Shown piece after piece: positions 9,618-18,625 of a DNA stretch of 64,000 nucleotides. The stretch is from Candidatus Aenigmatarchaeota archaeon (lineage in GTDB: Archaea > Aenigmatarchaeota > Aenigmatarchaeia > GW2011-AR5 > JAHLMP01): assembly GCA_018920315.1 (NCBI GenBank), contig JAHLMP010000001.1:177049-241048 (forward strand), in the 5' to 3' direction. The notes under the pieces were generated by a model, which worked only from the letters and a program-made list of their open reading frames with translations, did not search any database and was not told where the DNA came from. The stretch's first letter is position 1, and the number at the start of each line of letters is the position of its first letter. A program made the position numbers and the translations under genes.

Positions 9618-10358
9618 TTATTCTAAAATTGTTATAAGGTATATCAAAATTATCCCTAATAAAAATACCAAAAAATTCTTGATAAATTCTTTTATTTTAG
9701 TTTTTTCCCTTAGTATCGGAATTAAATCGGAAGAAGAAATGTATAAAAACCCCCCACCAGCAAAAGAAAGAAGAATCGGAATCATAGAGAGTATATTTCC
9801 GAGAAAATAATATCCGACAATTCCTCCTAGAACACAACTTAATGCCGTGATAAAGTTCAAAAATATTGCTCTTTTTACTTTAAACCCTGAATAAATAAGA
9901 ACGCCAAAATCTCCTAACTCCTGTGGTATTTCATGTAAGGCGATTAAAAAAGTAGTAACAAAACCAAAATTTAAATTAACTAGAAATGATGAAGCTATAA
10001 CAATACCATCAATAAAATTATGCAAAAGATCTCCAACTAAGTTCATATATCCAAAAGAATGAATCTTACATTTATAATCGTGGCAGTGCCTCCATTTTAT
10101 AATCTTTTCTAAGAACAAAAAGGAGATATAACCGAAAATAAAATAAAGAAATATTTTTATTAAGTTGCTGCTTTTTTCATTTATTGCTTCTGAGAGAAGA
10201 TGGAAAAAAGCCCCTGACAAAAGAGCTCCTGCTGAGAAAGAAATGAAAAATAATAAAATTTTATTTAATGTTTTTTCCTTTAATAAAAGGCAAAACATCC
10301 CTACAAAAGAAATTAAACTTATTATGAATGTACTAATAATTATAAATATCAACTCCAT
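9618..10358 (-). CDS. ZIP-family divalent metal transporter (ZupT-like)
   Basis: 246 aa polytopic protein with HNFIDGIVIA and HEIPQELGDFGVL motifs. Confidence 0.8.
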   Translation of the reverse strand: MELIFIIISTFIISLISFVGMFCLLLKEKTLNKILLFFISFSAGALLSGAFFHLLSEAINEKSSNLIKIFLYFIFGYISFLFLEKIIKWRHCHDYKCKIHSFGYMNLVGDLLHNFIDGIVIASSFLVNLNFGFVTTFLIALHEIPQELGDFGVLIYSGFKVKRAIFLNFITALSCVLGGIVGYYFLGNILSMIPILLSFAGGGFLYISSSDLIPILREKTKIKEFIKNFLVFLLGIILIYLITILE

Positions 10359-10455
10359 TTAAATCATCTTTTATTTTCTATTAATTATAAAGATGTGGAA
10401 ATTTCAATTTAAAGTTTATAAAAATGGTAGAAATTATTAATTAGAAATTGCAAAA

Positions 10456-10554
10456 GCCCCCGTAGCTCAGTTTGGATAGAGCACCAGCCTCCTAAGCTGG
10501 GGGTCGTGAGTTCGAACCTTTATAATAATTAAAGAGAAATTCTCACCGGGGGCA
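10456..10554 (+). tRNA. tRNA-Arg (anticodon CCU) with a 24-nt T-loop intron
   Basis: Acceptor GCCCCCG/CGGGGGC plus A73. D-arm GCTC..GAGC. Anticodon arm CCAGC-CTCCTAA-GCTGG. T-stem GTGAG/CTCAC. Removing 10517-10540 restores TTCGAAT. No CCA is encoded. Confidence 0.9.
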
Positions 10555-10639
10555 TTTTGGAAATTGTTTTCTTGAGCTTTTTTCATTTTTATTTGTTCAA
10601 ATAAATGCTTAAATAAATAATTTATCTAAAATTATATTC

Positions 10640-12007
10640 ATGAGGAATGAAGCAATCATAACTTTTATTTTACTTTTGGCAAGTATATCAGGAATGGGCT
10701 ATAGTGCTGCATTAAACGTAACAAGTAATAAAGTCGAGCTTCTATCTTATGTCAATACTGAAAGTAATGTTACAATGCTCAATTTGACTTTAAGTAGAAA
10801 TGAAACTAGTAATGAAACTATTAGGATAACAAATATAATAATTAATTTTAACTCTACTAACGAAAATTTGAATGCAAGCATAACTAATCTCGTTGTTTGC
10901 ATTTATAACTCAACTATAAACGAATCTCAAAAACTTGGTTGTAGCTCTAGATGGAATGTTAGCAGCGATGTTAATAGAACAAATATTACGATCTCTAATT
11001 TCACAATTTCTAATAATGAAAATAAAACAATTCTAATAGTTTATGAAATAAATAGAAGTGTGATTACTCCTATAAATGTTTCTTTATTTTTAACAAATGA
11101 CTCTTTGATAACAAATGCTACAAATATTACAATCTCTTTTTTAAATGGAAAGGATTATAACTCAACGTCTCGATATTTCTCTTCTAATTTTACTCAAATT
11201 CAAGACTTACATGCAAATGCAAAGCTATTACCAAGATATGTAGATACAAATGTTAAAGAGCAAGAAATAGTTTATATAGTAAATTCTAGTGGAAAAGATG
11301 ATATTAAAAGTATAATTCTAGAAGTTCCATCAAACTTTTCAATAGTCTCTAATAATATAAAATTCGTTATAACTAAGAGTGACAACACTACCGCTACTTT
11401 CTCATCTTGTACAGATCTCTGTAAGCTAGAAGAAAATAAAATAAATCTAACATCGCAGGCAGGAATAAAACTCTCTATTATAAATATTTCTTTGAATACT
11501 ACAGAAGATGAAGGCGACTTTACTTTTAACTCTAAAATATATGGAGAAAATTTGAGCGATGTTTCTACAGATGTTAATGGAAGCGAAACAAAATTATTTG
11601 TTAAACAATTATTTAATATTACAAACGTTGGCGTAATGAAAAACATAGCAATAGTAAATGGGAGCGACTATTGGCTATTTAACTTCACAATAATTATGAA
11701 TGCAAATGTTTCTGGACTTATACAATTCAAAATGAATGATTGGAAATCTGACAGCAAGAACGCAACAATACCAATAACTAATGGAACAGGAGATAACGCT
11801 ACATACTATGCAAGCATGTGGCTTAGTGGAAATGAAAGCAATATCTTTAATGTAACTAATGAGTATAACATAAATAGAGGCGTGAGATTAAATGCAATAG
11901 AAAATAGAAACTATACTCTAATACTAAAGATGATAATTCCTAGAGGAATTCCTATTGCAAGCGATTGGTGGACTACGTATAGCATGCTATTTAGATCTAT
12001 TCCTTGA
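10640..12007 (+). CDS. Secreted/surface protein extremely rich in N-glycosylation sequons
   Basis: 455 aa with an N-terminal hydrophobic signal-like segment. By eye there are roughly 35-40 N-x-S/T sequons (NVT, NLT, NET, NST, NAS, NIT and others). I recognise no family. Confidence 0.6.
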   Translation: MRNEAIITFILLLASISGMGYSAALNVTSNKVELLSYVNTESNVTMLNLTLSRNETSNETIRITNIIINFNSTNENLNASITNLVVCIYNSTINESQKLGCSSRWNVSSDVNRTNITISNFTISNNENKTILIVYEINRSVITPINVSLFLTNDSLITNATNITISFLNGKDYNSTSRYFSSNFTQIQDLHANAKLLPRYVDTNVKEQEIVYIVNSSGKDDIKSIILEVPSNFSIVSNNIKFVITKSDNTTATFSSCTDLCKLEENKINLTSQAGIKLSIINISLNTTEDEGDFTFNSKIYGENLSDVSTDVNGSETKLFVKQLFNITNVGVMKNIAIVNGSDYWLFNFTIIMNANVSGLIQFKMNDWKSDSKNATIPITNGTGDNATYYASMWLSGNESNIFNVTNEYNINRGVRLNAIENRNYTLILKMIIPRGIPIASDWWTTYSMLFRSIP

Positions 12008-12043
12008 AATTAATTGATTATTAAATATGAGGTTTGCATAAAA

Positions 12044-13009
12044 ATGAAGATAAAAGATTTTTGTAAAATATATTTTGCATTATTTTTATTTCAAATTTTA
12101 GCAAATGTTGCTTTTTGTGAAGTTACAGGAAATTTAAGTTTGAATATTAGCTTTGCAAATACCTCTATACATATTGTTACTGGCCTATATGGAATGACAG
12201 TAACAACAACTACAACAATACCAGAAGAAACGAATACTACTACAACTATTGCTACATTATCAACAACGACAAGCACTACTACAACGACAACTACAACAAC
12301 GACAACTACAAGCACTACTACAACAATTTTTCTTCGCGAGTCAGAATTAAAAAATGTAAAGTTGGACCTAAATAAAACAAATAAAATAATAGAGGAGATT
12401 AAAGAATTTATAAAACTTGATGAAAATAAAGCTAAAAAAACTACAGAAAAAATAATAAAAGATATTAACATTAAATATGAACTTTGGATAGAAAATAGCA
12501 CAAACCTAACTGTCAAAATTTTTTATAATGGCACCAAAAAACTAAATAATCTTATAATTTATCAATATATTCCAAAAAAATTTGCAAACACAACTAAAGA
12601 ACTTGGAATAATTACAGATGAAAAATTGAAAATAATAGAAGAGGATCCAAAAATTTTATTTATTTCGCCTTCTGTTGAAAAAGGTAAAGAAATAATAATT
12701 ATTTTCTCTGCTGATAAGAGACTAAAAAAAGATATAATCGATGAATTTGAAACTATAGTTTTTGCAGACAATTTTTCATTAGAGATAAATATATTATTTT
12801 TTGTCGTACCCGTTTTTCTTTTAATCATAATTTTGCTCGTGTATTATATATATGAGAAGAGAGAGAAAGAAGCTCACTATAAATACTCTTTCAAAAGAAG
12901 AGTATCTATATGGTTTATCATAAAAATTAAAATGAAGCATCTCAAGCAAAGAATAAAAGATAAATTAAAGAAAGAAGAAGCAGAGTTTAGATATCAATAC
13001 AAAGTATAA
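12044..13009 (+). CDS. Surface protein with a poly-Thr linker and a C-terminal TM anchor
   Basis: The signal-like N-terminus is MKIKDFCKIYFALFLFQILANVAFC. A Thr-rich tract covers about 12197-12325. A C-terminal TM segment (FFVVPVFLLIIILLVYYIY) is followed by a basic tail. The ORF track starts at 12014 on a non-ATG codon. Confidence 0.55.
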   Translation: MKIKDFCKIYFALFLFQILANVAFCEVTGNLSLNISFANTSIHIVTGLYGMTVTTTTTIPEETNTTTTIATLSTTTSTTTTTTTTTTTTSTTTTIFLRESELKNVKLDLNKTNKIIEEIKEFIKLDENKAKKTTEKIIKDINIKYELWIENSTNLTVKIFYNGTKKLNNLIIYQYIPKKFANTTKELGIITDEKLKIIEEDPKILFISPSVEKGKEIIIIFSADKRLKKDIIDEFETIVFADNFSLEINILFFVVPVFLLIIILLVYYIYEKREKEAHYKYSFKRRVSIWFIIKIKMKHLKQRIKDKLKKEEAEFRYQYKV

Positions 13010-13039
13010 AAAATAAAAATCTAAATGAACTCAATTCAA

Positions 13040-13366
13040 TTATTTTATAATATTTTTTGATCCTGTTCTTTCTGATAACTCTTTTATCAATTTTGAAGAG
13101 ATGTCCTCACCAAGCTTATCTAAATCTATTATAAGAGAAATTATTTTACACCCATCTCTTCTTGGCTCTCCGAAAATAGCCCCAACTATTCTATAGTTTT
13201 CTTCAGCTACTAAACATGCATTTGGATTTTTTAAAAATAACTCATTCATCTTTTCTTTTGTTATCATTTCTCTTGATTTTGGAGGAAATTTTGCTTCTAA
13301 ATATAAAATCTCTTCTATATCTTTTTCATTCATTTCTCTTATTTTTATATTTCCCATAATTTTCAC
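13040..13366 (-). CDS. Small GNAT-like acetyltransferase domain protein
   Basis: 108 aa. IREMNEKDIEEILYLE and YRIVGAIFG resemble a GNAT N-terminal half. The protein is short, so the call is weak. Confidence 0.35.
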   Translation of the reverse strand: MKIMGNIKIREMNEKDIEEILYLEAKFPPKSREMITKEKMNELFLKNPNACLVAEENYRIVGAIFGEPRRDGCKIISLIIDLDKLGEDISSKLIKELSERTGSKNIIK

Positions 13367-13381
13367 TATTAATTCTATAAA

Positions 13382-15268
13382 TTATTTTGAATAAAATATT
13401 GGCCTTCTTGACAAGAATTTATCCAAAGGTAATCGATTATAAGGAAATTCTTCTGTATTCTCCTTTATATATTTAATAATCTCTTTCAAAGATGCCTCTT
13501 TTATCACATCGCCTTGTTTTGTTCTTATTCTTACTGACAATTTATTTGGAAATTCTCTCTTTTCTTTCTCACCAAAAACTATTATTATAGGTATCCATTC
13601 CATTTCTGCTTCTCTTATCTTTTTTGCTATTGTTAGATCTCTATCGTCTATATCTACCCTTATTTTATTTTTTTCAAGTTCATTTGAAAGAATTTCAGCA
13701 TCCTTTATAAAATTATTACTCACACAACAAATTCTTACTTGAGTTGGCGCTAGCCAAAATGGAATTGTTGGCAACTTATTTTCTCTTTTTTCCATATAAG
13801 CCTTTTCAAGAATAGCGTAGATAACACGCTCAACTGCTCCACTTGGGGATAAGTGTAATATTATGGGATACTTTTTAGTTCCATCAGAGTCGATAAATTG
13901 AATTCCATATCTTTTAGCATTTTCTACGTCAATCTGGTCTGTTGTTAATGCCGCTGCTTTATCTAACGCATCTACAAAATTTAGCTCATATTTGAATATA
14001 AAGTAAAAGAATTGTTTATCCCACATTTCCAAAAGTGCTGGTTTTCCCCACATCTTTACAAAGCTTTTAATGAACTCTTTATTATTTTCATAGAAATCTT
14101 TAGTAACTCTTATAGCAAGCTCGAGATAATCTTTTCCTATTTCAAATTTTTCTTGGAGATTAATTGCAAGCTCAAACCTTTTTTTAATTTCTTCTTTTGC
14201 TTGGTCTATATCTCTACAAAAGGCATGGCAATCTGGCATTGTGAATGCTCTTAATCTTCTTAAGCCAGCTAGCTCTCCTCTTTGTTCAACTCTAAAGCTA
14301 TATTTTGTAAGTTCATAGAGCTTTATAGGTAGATTTTTATAAGATATTATCATATCCTTTGCTAAAAGAAATTGTCCAAAACAAGCAGAGAACCTTAGAA
14401 AAACTTTTTTATTTGGAGTTTGGATTTTATATTGTCTTGCTGGGAATCTATTCAAATAATCTTTCAATGCAGGATGCTCATAATCATACATTATGGGTGT
14501 TTCTACTTCCATTGCTCCGTACTCCTTTGTTTTTGTTGTTACATATTCTTCTATTAAAGATTTCATTAATCTTCCTTTTGGTAGATATCTCAAATTTCCT
14601 GGATCGCTTGCAGGTTCATAATCCACTAGTTCTAATTTTCTCATAAGCTTTGTGTGTGGAGGCTCTTCTTCAACCTTTCTTGATTTTGCCATCTCATATC
14701 GAGCGAATTTTTCTAATCTTCTATATGAACCGAAATCAAAACCAATTATATTTCCTTCTTTTAATTCTATTTTGCTTAAATTTCCATCCGGCTCTATTAT
14801 ATACCATTCCGACTTTAATTTTTCTTCTTTTCTAAGCGCTTCTGAAACTTCTTCTACTCTAATTTCTCTTGAAAGCTCGGAAAGAGGATGCCCTTTACAT
14901 TTTATTTGAAAGCTTTTATACCATCCAAAAGGAGCGCGAAAAACTTCGTATTTTTCTTTTAGTTTATCTTCCGCACTTTTTAAGATTTTTATTGCAATCT
15001 CTGAAGAAGCTAATTCGCTGCTAAGATGAGCATAAGGATATAAAACTATTCTCTTAACATTTAGCTGAGATGCTACTTTATTTATTTCATCGAACAAATT
15101 TTCAACAACTTGCTCTACATTTTTTTCATCATATTTTTCTACAGCAACAAAAACAACTAAACATTCATCAACCTTTTCAAAATTTTTTTCCAATTTTTCT
15201 GCTTGCTCAATTGCCTTTTCTTTTGCTTCATATTCTATAAAGTCTGCATGTATCAAAAGTATTTTCAT
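13382..15268 (-). CDS. thrS: Threonyl-tRNA synthetase, archaeal type with N-terminal editing domain
   Basis: 628 aa. The MKILLIHADFIEYEA N-terminus is typical of the archaeal ThrRS editing domain. Class II core motifs are present (FRVEQRGELAGLRRLRAFTMPD, HLSPSGAVERV) along with a C-terminal anticodon-binding domain. Confidence 0.9.
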   Translation of the reverse strand: MKILLIHADFIEYEAKEKAIEQAEKLEKNFEKVDECLVVFVAVEKYDEKNVEQVVENLFDEINKVASQLNVKRIVLYPYAHLSSELASSEIAIKILKSAEDKLKEKYEVFRAPFGWYKSFQIKCKGHPLSELSREIRVEEVSEALRKEEKLKSEWYIIEPDGNLSKIELKEGNIIGFDFGSYRRLEKFARYEMAKSRKVEEEPPHTKLMRKLELVDYEPASDPGNLRYLPKGRLMKSLIEEYVTTKTKEYGAMEVETPIMYDYEHPALKDYLNRFPARQYKIQTPNKKVFLRFSACFGQFLLAKDMIISYKNLPIKLYELTKYSFRVEQRGELAGLRRLRAFTMPDCHAFCRDIDQAKEEIKKRFELAINLQEKFEIGKDYLELAIRVTKDFYENNKEFIKSFVKMWGKPALLEMWDKQFFYFIFKYELNFVDALDKAAALTTDQIDVENAKRYGIQFIDSDGTKKYPIILHLSPSGAVERVIYAILEKAYMEKRENKLPTIPFWLAPTQVRICCVSNNFIKDAEILSNELEKNKIRVDIDDRDLTIAKKIREAEMEWIPIIIVFGEKEKREFPNKLSVRIRTKQGDVIKEASLKEIIKYIKENTEEFPYNRLPLDKFLSRRPIFYSK

Positions 15269-15324
15269 AAAATTGTTAATCTTGCGAAAATATTATAAAT
15301 CTTAAATAAATGAATAAATAATAA

Positions 15325-15450
15325 AGCCCCGTGGTGTAGCGGTCAAGCATATCGGCCTTTGGAGGTTGATCCAAAGATGTGAAAAAAGATGAGCTAACGA
15401 AGAAAGCCGAAGACCTCGGTTCGAATTTTTCGAGAATCCGAGCGGGGCTA
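15325..15450 (+). tRNA. tRNA-Gln (anticodon UUG) with a 42-nt canonical anticodon-loop intron and an 11-nt T-loop intron
   Basis: Acceptor AGCCCCG/CGGGGCT (A1-U72) plus A73. Anticodon stem TCGGC/GCCGA. The loop CTTTGG^...^A has its intron at 15363-15404, where CTTT pairs with GAAG and the flanking bulges are 3 nt. T-stem CTCGG/CCGAG. Removing 15426-15436 restores TTCGAAT. An oligo-T run follows. Confidence 0.9.
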
Positions 15451-15482
15451 TTTTTATTTTTTAACTTTTAATTTGAAATTAA

Positions 15483-16097
15483 ATGAAAGAAGAATGGGAA
15501 AATCTCGCTAACATATATGCAAAGAAAAGATGGTATGGAAAAGGACTTTTTAAATTTGAGAGAATATTATTGCAAAAGATTTCAAATTTTGTTGATTCTG
15601 TAATAGATGTTGGTTGCGGAACTGGAAGGCATATAAGAGTTTTAAAACAGAAAAATGTTTTTGTAATTGGATTGGATTTTTCTTTAAACATGATAAAAGA
15701 AGCTAAAAAAATGTGTAACGCATTCTACATTTTAGGAGATGCTAGAGAACTACCATTTAAAGATTCTTCTGTAGATTGTTGCATTTGTCTTGGAAATACT
15801 ATTGCATCTGTAGGAGAAAAGAGAAATAAACTCATTTTTGGTGCTCAATTGGCGATTGATGAAATGCTTAGAACAGCTGAAAAATTAGTAGTTGTTGATT
15901 TTAGAGAAGGAAAAAGAAGTTATGAAAAAAGATTTATAAATAATATACCATACACAACAAGAAGTTGGAAATTAAAAACAGCTATAGATTTGTTCAAAAA
16001 ATCTAAACATAAAGAAAAAATAAGAAAAATGAAATTAGTAAAAAATGTAAAGCTAGGTGGACATAACTTCTTCTATATAATTTGTTTTCTAAAATAA
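15483..16097 (+). CDS. Class I SAM-dependent methyltransferase
   Basis: 204 aa with motif I VIDVGCGTGRH and LGDARELPF. The substrate is unknown. Confidence 0.7.
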   Translation: MKEEWENLANIYAKKRWYGKGLFKFERILLQKISNFVDSVIDVGCGTGRHIRVLKQKNVFVIGLDFSLNMIKEAKKMCNAFYILGDARELPFKDSSVDCCICLGNTIASVGEKRNKLIFGAQLAIDEMLRTAEKLVVVDFREGKRSYEKRFINNIPYTTRSWKLKTAIDLFKKSKHKEKIRKMKLVKNVKLGGHNFFYIICFLK

Positions 16098-16141
16098 TTT
16101 TTATTAATTTGTCGTTCTAGATATGATTATAGAGGTAAAAC

Positions 16142-16690
16142 ATGGAAGATAAAGAAAAAAACGAAATTGTGGTTTTAAGACTTTCTCATAGAAAGAATAG
16201 AGATAAGAGGGTAACTACACATGTAGCTTTAGTTGCCAGAGCCTTCTCTGCTAAAAAATGCTTTTATGCTGGAGATAAAGATGAGGAACTTGAGAAAAGA
16301 ATAAAAAAGGTTGTTGAAAAGTGGGGTGGATATTTTCGAATAGAATATTCAAAAAATTGGAAAGCTTTATTAAAAGAGTTGAAAAATGAAGACTATTTTA
16401 TAGTTCATTTAACAATGTATGGAATTCCTATACAAAATTTGATAGAAAAAATAAAAAATAAAGAAAAAATTGTCGTAATAGTTGGTAGTGAAAAAGTTCC
16501 TAGAGAAGTTTATGATTTGGCAGATTGTAACTTAGCTATAACGAATCAACCACATAGTGAGATTGCAGCTCTTGCAATATTTTTAGATAGAATTTTTGAT
16601 AGCACAGAGCTTTATAAAGAATTCGAGAATGCTAAAATAAGAATAATTCCAAGCAAGCGTGGTAAAAAAGTGTGGCAAAAAAGTGATTGA
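16142..16690 (+). CDS. trm56: tRNA (cytidine56-2'-O)-methyltransferase aTrm56 (SPOUT)
   Basis: 182 aa. [62 protein letters not shown] closely match the archaeal Trm56 family. Confidence 0.9.
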   Translation: MEDKEKNEIVVLRLSHRKNRDKRVTTHVALVARAFSAKKCFYAGDKDEELEKRIKKVVEKWGGYFRIEYSKNWKALLKELKNEDYFIVHLTMYGIPIQNLIEKIKNKEKIVVIVGSEKVPREVYDLADCNLAITNQPHSEIAALAIFLDRIFDSTELYKEFENAKIRIIPSKRGKKVWQKSD

Positions 16691-16692
16691 AA

Positions 16693-17748
16693 ATGAAAAT
16701 TTGCGATAAAATAAAAAATATTAATTTATTAATGAAAGAAGAGTGTTTGGATGCAATACTTCTTATAAATACAAAAAATATTAGAGAAAGAAATATAGAT
16801 TATTTTGTTTCACAACCAGTTTATGATTTTCCATGTTTATTGATAATAACAAATGATAAAATAAAATTAGTAACATCTTTGCTAGAGGATATAAAAGAAA
16901 GAGGTATAGAAATATTAAAAACAAAAAACCCTATTAGTAAGGAAATCGTCTTGGAGCATTTGAAAGAATCAAAAACTATTGGTATAATTGAGGATAATTT
17001 TCCATTGTCTATTAGAAAATTTCTAAAAGGAAAGAGATTGGTAGATATAAGTAAAAAAATGGCAAAAAATAGAGAAATAAAAAGCATCGTAGAAATAAGA
17101 AAAATAAAATTTTCTTGTAAAATCGCAGAAGAGTGTATAAATGAAATAAAAGAAAATATATCAAGAAGAACCAAAGAAAATGAAATAGTAAAAATGATAA
17201 AGAGTGTTATTGCAAAGTACGAAGAAGCTTCACTTGCATTTAATCCAATAGTAGCAAGTGGAAATAGATTATCAATTATTCATCCATTTCCTCAATATTC
17301 TTCAAGGATGATAAAAGATTTTTGCATAGTAGATTTTGGTATTAGATATAAGGGTTATTGTTGCGATGTTACAATTCCTTTCGTTTTAGGGTATTTGAAT
17401 AATAAAAAGAGAAAAATAATAGAAACTGTGGATGAAGCTTATAGAAAAACGCTCGAGATGATAAAACATACAAAAGAAGTGAGTGAAATTTTTAGAAATA
17501 TTAACGAATTTATAAAAATCTCTTCTGGTTGTGAATTAAAGCATGCACTTGGTCATGGAATTGGTTTAGATGTTCATGAACCTCCAGACATATCCATAAG
17601 TAGTGAGGAAGAGTTAAAAGATGGAATGGTTTTTACTATAGAACCAGGAATTTATACTAAAAGTTTTGGATGTAGAATTGAAAACGTTGTTTATTTAAAA
17701 AATGGAGTGAAGACATTAAGCAATGCTGAAGTAGTAGAAAAACTCTAA
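16693..17748 (+). CDS. M24-family Xaa-Pro peptidase / aminopeptidase P-like
   Basis: Contains DFGIRYKGYCCDVT, HALGHGIGLDVHEPP and FTIEPGIY (pita-bread fold metal ligands). The ORF track starts at 16687 on TTG. The first ATG is at 16693. Confidence 0.8.
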   Translation: MKICDKIKNINLLMKEECLDAILLINTKNIRERNIDYFVSQPVYDFPCLLIITNDKIKLVTSLLEDIKERGIEILKTKNPISKEIVLEHLKESKTIGIIEDNFPLSIRKFLKGKRLVDISKKMAKNREIKSIVEIRKIKFSCKIAEECINEIKENISRRTKENEIVKMIKSVIAKYEEASLAFNPIVASGNRLSIIHPFPQYSSRMIKDFCIVDFGIRYKGYCCDVTIPFVLGYLNNKKRKIIETVDEAYRKTLEMIKHTKEVSEIFRNINEFIKISSGCELKHALGHGIGLDVHEPPDISISSEEELKDGMVFTIEPGIYTKSFGCRIENVVYLKNGVKTLSNAEVVEKL

Positions 17749-18116
17749 TTTTTACTCTTCTCTATAATTTCTATCTTATTTGCGATTATTTCAAGCTCAT
17801 TATTATAATCTGCAACCTTTCCAAAAATTAAAATCTTATCATTTTTATTTATGAAAACTTCTCTTACATTAAACATTACAACATTTATTTTATTGTTATT
17901 TTCGTCAGAGATAATAAAAAGTAGAGTATTCTTAGAAAGCTTTGGTTCATTCGCAACTTTACCAAAAGTTTGAATTTTTTGACCAAGAAGATTATAATCT
18001 ATTTTGCTTAACTCTACTTCTCTATAAGTTGTGAACATTGAAAAAATAATGAGAAATATTATTCCTATAATAGTAATTAATAATGAAATTCTATTTAATT
18101 GTTTATCGGAAATCAT
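17745..18116 (-). CDS. Membrane-anchored OB-fold protein
   Basis: 123 aa with an N-terminal TM helix followed by a pattern like the tRNA_anti/OB-fold family (QKIQTFGKV...INVVMF...ILIFGKV). The function is unknown. Confidence 0.4.
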   Translation of the reverse strand: MISDKQLNRISLLITIIGIIFLIIFSMFTTYREVELSKIDYNLLGQKIQTFGKVANEPKLSKNTLLFIISDENNNKINVVMFNVREVFINKNDKILIFGKVADYNNELEIIANKIEIIEKSKN

Positions 18117-18164
18117 AACAAAATATGATTTTATAAAAATTATTTAAAATTAGACTTTTATAAA

Positions 18165-18614
18165 TCAGCCCGCTACTTTGCTAGGTTTTCTTACAGGAAA
18201 CCAATTGGAAAGTTCTTTTAAAACCTCTTCCTCTAATTTTACTCCACTAGCAACTATATCTGTTAGGGTTATTATTCCTAAAAGTTTGTTATTCTCTACT
18301 ACTGGCAATTTTTTTATTTTATTTTCTGTCATTATCTCTGCAGCTTTTTCTACTTTCTCGTTGGGAGGAATTGTAATTACTGGGGAGCTCATTATTTCTT
18401 TTATCGGAATATCTAGCTCTAGCCCTTTTGTTAAGACCTTTGTAACTAAATCTCTTTCTGTAACTATCCCTATCACTTTCTCATTCTTATCGAGAATTAC
18501 CACAGAACCTATGTTATTCTCTATCATTGCATCTAAAACATCTTTTATGCTTGCATCTTTTGAGAATACAAAAACATTTTTTCTCATTATATGTTTAACT
18601 AGAATTCTTCTCAC
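18165..18614 (-). CDS. CBS-domain pair protein
   Basis: 149 aa with two CBS repeats (IGSVVILD..GIVTERDL and KKLPVVENNKLLGIITLTDI). Confidence 0.8.
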   Translation of the reverse strand: MRRILVKHIMRKNVFVFSKDASIKDVLDAMIENNIGSVVILDKNEKVIGIVTERDLVTKVLTKGLELDIPIKEIMSSPVITIPPNEKVEKAAEIMTENKIKKLPVVENNKLLGIITLTDIVASGVKLEEEVLKELSNWFPVRKPSKVAG

Positions 18615-18625
18615 CTCTTCTTATT

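Noticed and set aside
12091-12516. A 141-aa minus-strand ORF containing poly-Val.
   Set aside because: It is the reverse complement of the poly-Thr (ACN) tract of the surface protein gene. The plus-strand reading has a signal peptide and a TM anchor and is the coherent one.
10555-13040. The surface-protein genes after tRNA-Arg, and the cluster around tRNA-Leu (43883-44100), might be integrated elements targeting tRNA genes.
   Set aside because: I found no integrase or recombinase gene and no direct repeat of the tRNA 3' ends flanking the regions. Composition looks like the rest of the window.
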